This document shows, piece by piece, positions 58,250 to 64,000 of a stretch of 64,000 nucleotides of DNA; positions within the stretch are counted from its first letter, which is position 1; each line of letters opens with the position of its first letter. The DNA is from Candidatus Latescibacterota bacterium (GTDB taxonomy: Bacteria; Latescibacterota; UBA2968; UBA8231). A model generated the notes under the pieces. It worked only from the letters and a program-made list of their open reading frames with translations. It did not search any database and was not told where the DNA came from. Position numbers and translations under genes: made by a program. The stretch lies in contig CBDCXV010000011.1 of the NCBI GenBank assembly GCA_965223905.1, forward strand, positions 896,001 to 960,000, read 5' to 3'.

Positions 58250-59347
58250 ATGCGGCACGCCGTGCTCCATCGCGACGAGAACGCCTACTCTCCGTGGCCG
58301 GTTCTCTGGCAGCTTCCTGACGGCAGCATCGGGGCCGGCGTCGTCACCTCCCCTGTCGGCAGTCATCCGGGGGCGTCTGTTTTCGGGAGGTTCCTCCCCT
58401 TCGTCTCCCGGGACCGGGGCCGCAGCTGGGAAACGAGCGACGATCCCGCCCACCCTGCCAACTGGCCCGCGGGGACGGCGGACGAGCAGATGGACCGCTT
58501 CGCCGCGGTCCTGCCGGACGGGACCTTCGTCGCCGCAGGCGCCTGCGGCTTCGAAGCCTGGGATGCCGGCCGCCTCGAAGAGGCGCGCTCCCTGGGCCGC
58601 TGGGTCCGCGAGATCCCGGAGCGACCGGAAAGTATCGCGGTGCAATCCCCCTTCCTCTGCTGTCAGCGCTCCGCCGACGGGGGGCGGACCTGGGAGCGGC
58701 GCGAGTGGGAGGTAGCCGGCGTCCAGGGGATGTGGTGCTTCAACCGCGGCACTCTGATGGCCGATGGAGCCATCGTCGTCGGCGTCTACGGCGTCGACCA
58801 CGAGAACCGCGAGCGGCCCTACGCCCTGCGCTCCGCGGACCGCGGCCGCACCTGGCGACTGCACGACCTGTGCGCCCACGCAGCCGCGGTCCCCGCCAGC
58901 GAGGCGGCGTTGTGCGAGACCGCCCCGGGCAGGCTGACCGCCATCGTGCGCGGGGAATCCGGCCCGCAGGACCACCATCTCCTGCAGCTGTGGTCGGAGG
59001 ACGGAGGCAGGACCTGGAGCGAACCGGTAAAAACCGGGATCTGGGGCCACCCCGCCCACCTGCTGAAGCTCGAGGACGGGCGCATCCTCTGCACGCACGG
59101 GTACCGGCGCCAGCCGATGGGGGTGCGCGCCGTGCTGAGCGAGGACGGCGGCGAGACATGGGGCAGCCCGGTGGTCCTGCGGGATGACGGCGGCGGCCAC
59201 TCGCCTCATCGCGGCGAGGGCACCGGCGCCGGGGACGTCGGCTACCCGGTTTCCATCCAGCTCGAGGACGGCGAAGTCCTGACCGCGTATTACATCACTC
59301 CCGCGGACAACGTCACGCATTCCGCGGTGACGATCTGGAGACCCTGA
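58250..59347 (+). CDS. Sialidase-like BNR/Asp-box protein
   Basis: Asp-boxes SRDRGRSW, SADGGRTW, SEDGGRTW and SEDGGETW; DVGYP..YY. Confidence 0.85.
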   Translation: MRHAVLHRDENAYSPWPVLWQLPDGSIGAGVVTSPVGSHPGASVFGRFLPFVSRDRGRSWETSDDPAHPANWPAGTADEQMDRFAAVLPDGTFVAAGACGFEAWDAGRLEEARSLGRWVREIPERPESIAVQSPFLCCQRSADGGRTWERREWEVAGVQGMWCFNRGTLMADGAIVVGVYGVDHENRERPYALRSADRGRTWRLHDLCAHAAAVPASEAALCETAPGRLTAIVRGESGPQDHHLLQLWSEDGGRTWSEPVKTGIWGHPAHLLKLEDGRILCTHGYRRQPMGVRAVLSEDGGETWGSPVVLRDDGGGHSPHRGEGTGAGDVGYPVSIQLEDGEVLTAYYITPADNVTHSAVTIWRP

Positions 59348-59430
59348 CCGCCGTCACCGGGACGACCCCTGCACCGCCCCGGGTCTTCTCCCTCGGGCGC
59401 GGAAACAGGCCGCGACGGTTCCCCGGGAGG

Positions 59431-60558
59431 TCAATCGACGGCGAGCTTCGCCCAGCGCGCGTGCACGAGGCTGGCGCCGGTGCACCACCAGATCGCCAGC
59501 AGCTCCCCGCTCGCCAGCGCGATCAGCGACGGGGCGCCGTAGGCGATGGTGTCGTGGCTGTGCGGGTACTTCTCGGAGCTGTCGTAGCCGATGGTCGTCC
59601 AGCCGCTTGCGTCCCACACCTGTACCTGGCTCTCGAGGTTCCAGGTTGGGCCGAGATCCTCCGACAGGGCCACGTGGAAACCGGGACTGCCGGCCTCGCG
59701 GCAGGTGTAGATAGCGGCGAGGCGGCCGTCCGGCAGTTGCGCCGCGCAGTTGGTCTGCCCAGGCAGGTTGGTCTCGACCGGTTTCTGCCAGGCGCTCGCC
59801 GCCGGATCGGAGACGGTAAAGTGATTCCTGAGGTTGACCGGCCCCTCGTCGGGGAGGGTCATGTCCGCGGCCCACAGCAGGGAGAAGATCCGGCCGTCCG
59901 ACAGCTTGAGGGCGCGGCCGTGCCAGTACCCCTTGCCCTCCCCGGCGCCATCCGCCATGACCGTCATGCCGCGCCAGGTGCGGCCGCCGTCCGGGGACGT
60001 GCATGACCACATTCGCGGCTCGTAGGCCCCGGAGTCGCCAAAGGCCGGCCACTGGTCGAAGGTTGCCAGCCAGCGGCCGTCGTCGAGCTCGATCAGGCCC
60101 TGCGCCGCGGTGAGGTTCATGCCTCCGGGCAACTCCTGGACCTGCGGATCCGACCAGGTGCGGCCGCCGTCCGGGGACGTGAACAGGATCGGCTCGTTGG
60201 CGATCAATCCGGCATTGTCGCTGAAGAGCCGCACCTCCGGGTCGCTGCGGTCGATGCGGAAAGGGGTCACCGTCAGGGTGCCGTCGCTCATCCGCGACAG
60301 GAAGCTGGCCATGTAGGAACAGGGCCGGTCGTCCAGCGAGCGGTCGCGCAGGTCCCCCTCGTCCTCCCAGGTACCGCCCCCGTCGAGAGAGCGGAGCACG
60401 CCGAGAGTGTTGTTCGGCGCATACAGGCCGTCGCCGTGCTGGTACACGCACAACAACTCCTTCTCGGAGAGCTGCACGACGTTGGGATAGAAGATGGAAC
60501 CGTGGCGGTACGCCGGCTCCGGGTTGACGTGGAGGATACCGCTGTCGACGATGCGCAT
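59431..60558 (-). CDS. Sialidase-like BNR/Asp-box protein
   Basis: Asp-boxes SLDGGGTW, SPDGGRTW (twice) and SEDLGPTW. Confidence 0.85.
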   Translation of the reverse strand: MRIVDSGILHVNPEPAYRHGSIFYPNVVQLSEKELLCVYQHGDGLYAPNNTLGVLRSLDGGGTWEDEGDLRDRSLDDRPCSYMASFLSRMSDGTLTVTPFRIDRSDPEVRLFSDNAGLIANEPILFTSPDGGRTWSDPQVQELPGGMNLTAAQGLIELDDGRWLATFDQWPAFGDSGAYEPRMWSCTSPDGGRTWRGMTVMADGAGEGKGYWHGRALKLSDGRIFSLLWAADMTLPDEGPVNLRNHFTVSDPAASAWQKPVETNLPGQTNCAAQLPDGRLAAIYTCREAGSPGFHVALSEDLGPTWNLESQVQVWDASGWTTIGYDSSEKYPHSHDTIAYGAPSLIALASGELLAIWWCTGASLVHARWAKLAVD

Positions 60559-60749
60559 GAGCTGACCAGTCTTGTTTCGGGTTCTGTCGGGTACGGAACG
60601 TCCGCCCTATAATAGGCGCCCTGCAGCAGGGGTCGCCATCTCCGGATCAAGGCGCGGAAATGATTCTCTTCTCAGGGCTCCCGGGACAGCGGCGAGACTC
60701 CGGGGAGAATCCATTGATTTTGCAAAGACAGCAAAGCGCCCTGCGGCGG

Positions 60750-60941
60750 GGAAGCACCCTGTACGCCCACTTCGGACCGGAGCGGCTGTGCTGGGCCTCG
60801 GACTACCCGGTGGTGCTGCCGTACATGACCTACCGGCAGTCGCTGGAGGCGGTGCGCACCCACTGCTCCTTCATTCGCGAAAAGGACATGGACCTGATCC
60901 TCGGCGACAACATGGCCCGGCTGCTCGGGCTGCAGGAGTGA
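60750..60941 (+). pseudogene. 3' fragment of an amidohydrolase-2 family gene
   Basis: FGPERLCWASDYP..ILGDNMARLL; no credible 5' portion. Confidence 0.65.
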
Positions 60942-60953
60942 AAGGCTGAATCG

Positions 60954-61984
60954 ATGCGGGACATCCGCTGCAACCGGAGTTCTTCCAGGGCCATCTGTCG
61001 CTCGAGCATGGGGACGGCTGGATCAAGCCCTGGCGGCTGCCCCACGACCGCAGGGCGCTCTTCCCTTCCCCCGACGAAGCGCTGATGGCCAAGGCGGAGA
61101 ACGCCAGCGGCGTGCGCCTGCGGTTCGCTACCGCCTCCACCACCCTGAGGCTCCGCTTTCTGCCCCTCGACGAAGGCCCCCCCGCAGGCGATCGGGGGCA
61201 CTACTGTTTCGACGCCACCGTAAACGGGGAGCTGGTCGCCACCGCCACGGCTCAGCCCGGCGCCGGGGAGGTCCTGTTAGGGGGCTTGCCCGAGGGGGAC
61301 AAGGTCGTCGAGGCCTGGCTGCCCCAGGAGATCCCGGTCAGCCTCTGCGGCCTCGCCAGCGACGACGGGGCTCCCTGCTCCACGGCCGCGGACTCGCGCC
61401 GCCGGTGGATCACCTACGGCAGCTCGCTGACCCACTGCACCCGCGCCCACGGCCCGGCGCGCATCTGGCCTGCCATCGTCGCCAGGCGGCACGGCCTGCA
61501 CCTGACCAGCCTGGGGTTCGCCGGCCAGTGCCACCTCGACGCGCAGGTCGGCATGGTCATCGCCGGGCAGCCCGCGGACCTGATCACCCTGAAACTGGGG
61601 ATCAACTGCATGCCGAGCGCCTCGTTCAGCGCCCGCACCTTTCCGGCCGCGGTGATCGGCCTCGTCGGCATCATTCGCGCCGCTCACCCCGACATCCCGA
61701 TCGGCCTGGTTTCGCCGATCGGCTACCCCCCGCACGAGACCCGGCCGAACGCGGTCGGGTACACGATCTCCGACATGAGAGAGGCGATCGACGACGCCGG
61801 CAGCAGGCTGGCGGCGATGGGGGACCGCAACCTGTACTGTTTCGACGGCCTCGAAGTCTTCGGCCTCGAGCTGATTGCCCGGTACGCCGAAGACGAGTGC
61901 CACCCGAACGCCGACGGCATCGAGGTGATGGGCGACAACTTCGACCGCGTCGTCATGCAGCCGCTCCTCGCCGCCTGCGGCTGA
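60954..61984 (+). CDS. SGNH/GDSL hydrolase (1-nt frameshift near the start)
   Basis: YGSSLT, LGFAG, KLGIN and DECHPN blocks. The frame is open upstream of 61085 (IKPWRLP), and ATG 60954 is one base out of frame. Confidence 0.8.
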
Positions 61985-61999
61985 CCTTCAGGCAGGTCG

Positions 62000-63637
62000 G
62001 TGTCCTCTCCACACGGCGTCACCCATCCCGCGTACCGCCCCTCGGTGCGCGGCCGCAACGGCGCCGTCGCCTCGGGCGACCCTCTCGCCTCGCAGGCCGG
62101 CATCCGCACGATGCAGGCAGGGGGTAGCGCCGTCGATGCGGCGATCGCCACCGCGGCCGCCCTCGGGGTGGTGGAGCTGCCCATGTCCGGGGTGGGAGGA
62201 GACGGGTTCATCCTGATCCACGACGCCGCCTCGCGGCAGGTGTACGGCCTCAACGCACCGGTCCGGCCCCTTCCGGCGCCACCCGCGAGCTCTATGTCGA
62301 GCGCGGCGGCATCCCGATGAAGGGGATCCTCAGCGTTTCGATCCCCGGCCTCGTCGACGGCTGGCTCAAGGCGCACGAGCGCTTCGGAAGGCTGAGTCTC
62401 TCCGAGGTGTTCGCCCCGGCGATCGACCTGTGCGAGCGCGGATTCCCCGTCGGCGAGAAGCTCGCCGCCATGCTCGCCGAAGAGCACGAACGATTCTCTT
62501 CCGACCCGTTCACCCGCCCCCTCTTCGAGCCTCGGGGCAGGCCGCTTCAAGCCGGGGAACTTCTCGTACAGGGAGACCTGGGGACCACCCTGCGCCGCAT
62601 TGCCGAGGAGGGCCGTTCCGCCTTCTACGAAGGGGCCATCGCCCGGGAGATCGCCGCCTTCAGCAGCGAGTACGGAGGACTGGTCACGGCCGCGGACCTG
62701 GCGGCCTTCGAGGCGCGCTGGGAGGAGCCGATCCACGTCGACTACCACGGGTACCGAATCTTCGAGATGCCTCCGAACTCGAGCGGCCACGTGCTGCTCC
62801 AGGAGCTCAACCTCGTCGAGCAGTTCGACCTCGAGGGGATGGGCTGCCTGTCGCCGGAAAGCATCCACGTCATGGTCGAGGCCAAGCGGCTGGCCTTCGC
62901 CGACCGCGAGGAGTTCATGGCCGACCCGGACTGGGTCGACGTGCCGCTGGCCGGCCTGCTCGACAAGCAGTACGCCCGCGAGCGCGCCCGCGGGATCGAC
63001 CCCGGGCGCGTCAACCCCGACGTCCGGCCCGGCTCCCCGGAACGGCTGGAGGACACCACCTGTTTCTGCGTCGCCGACGGCGAGGGCAACGCCGTCTGCG
63101 TGTTGCAGAGCCTGCAGTCGGGATTCGGCTCCGGCCTGGTAGCGGGGAACACGGGGGTGCTGCTCAACAACCGCATGACCTACTGGCACCTCGAGGAAGG
63201 GCACGCCAACTGCCTGGCGCCCGGCAAGCGGGTGCGGCACACCATGAACCCCGTCATCGCCACCCGGAACGGCGAAGGGGTCATAGTCTGCGGCACCCCT
63301 GGCGCCGACACGCAGGTGCAGACCAACCTGCAGCTGCTGACTCACGCCATTCACTTCGGCATGACCCCCCAGGAAGCGGTGGAGGCGCCGCGCTGGCGCA
63401 GCCTGCAGAACCCGATGGAGTCGACGGTTCCGCACACCTGCGAGGACTGCCTGCAGCTGGAGAACCGCTTCGGCGCGCCGGCCCGGGATGGGCTGGAGAA
63501 GCGCGGCCACCGGCTGGAGATCCTCGGTGACTGGGACGGGCCGGGAAAACGCCCAGTTCATCCGCATCGATCCGGGAACCGGTGCCCTCGCCGCGGGATC
63601 CGACCCCCGCCGGGACGGGTATTCCATCGCCTACTGA
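62000..63637 (+). CDS. ggt: Gamma-glutamyltransferase (frameshifts at ~62260 and ~63548)
   Basis: GGSAVDAAIA, SGVGGDGF, catalytic DTT, LNNRM and GTPG; the shifted frame ends GSDPRRDGYSIAY*. Confidence 0.88.
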
Positions 63638-64000
63638 CCCCCTCCTGGATACTGCTGCCCGCCAGCGATTCACCTCCGCAAAGGTCCCGAGACGTCGGCA
63701 GTGGAATGCTTTCGGGAGGTACTGCGTGCCTGCTCGCCTGAGCCAGCGCACCGTCGAGAGCGGCCAACTGCCCCGCCCGACAGGCGCCTGAACGCGAGGT
63801 ACGGAGTGGGTACGGCGAGCCTGGCAACGAGGCGATTCGGAATTGAGGGAAAAATTGCACAGATGAACTGGTTTGGATTGTACCGCGCTTTCCCCCCGAG
63901 ACGCCGGCGGTGCCGTCTTCAGCAGGAAATGGTATCGGGCAGCACTAGGCCGAAACCGTCAGTCCGTCGAAACGAGGATCTGTAGCGCCTGCCTGAACGG

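Noticed and set aside
57302-59320. 672-aa minus-strand ORF (also 61723..63627, 634 aa)
   Set aside because: They overlap well-supported plus-strand genes (RraA-like, sialidase-like, GGT) and have no family features.

Overview
Bacterial genomic window. The gene content suggests a diderm candidate-phylum organism such as Ca. Latescibacterota or Poribacteria (DUF6785-type membrane proteins, many CRTAC1/ASPIC-UnbV and TPR proteins, a T9SS-CTD-like domain, PhyH and BNR proteins); this taxonomy is inference only. The main feature is a 13-gene, ~20 kb minus-strand envelope operon (23098->3412). It encodes a CBM9-like secreted protein with a short C-terminal 'WGRIK' tail, two paralogous ~1000-aa exported proteins with Asp-rich Ca-binding-like motifs and a terminal Phe, three lipoproteins (two paralogous), a FlgD-Ig/T9SS-CTD-like protein next to a PorV/PorP-like barrel, a 1091-aa membrane-anchored TPR protein, ExbB plus two ExbD (one with Asn at the essential Asp) and a PPIase lipoprotein. 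It contains no recognisable TonB, TonB-dependent receptor, TolA/B or Pal. The operon is flanked by OPT-like/DUF6785 transporters and a divergent FlgT-like + TonB-anchor-DUF4159 + CRTAC1 module, of which a decayed second copy lies at 44-48 kb. Four mobile elements were resolved to the base, each with TIRs and TSDs: an ISKra4-like remnant, an IS1380-derived mini-element, a 150-bp MITE and an IS256. There is also a sugar ABC/oxidoreductase cluster with pseudogenes. An abrupt junction at ~48072 is followed by visibly more GC-rich DNA in which many catabolic genes carry single-base frameshifts (possible misassembly or long-read errors). No rRNA, tRNA or CRISPR array was seen.
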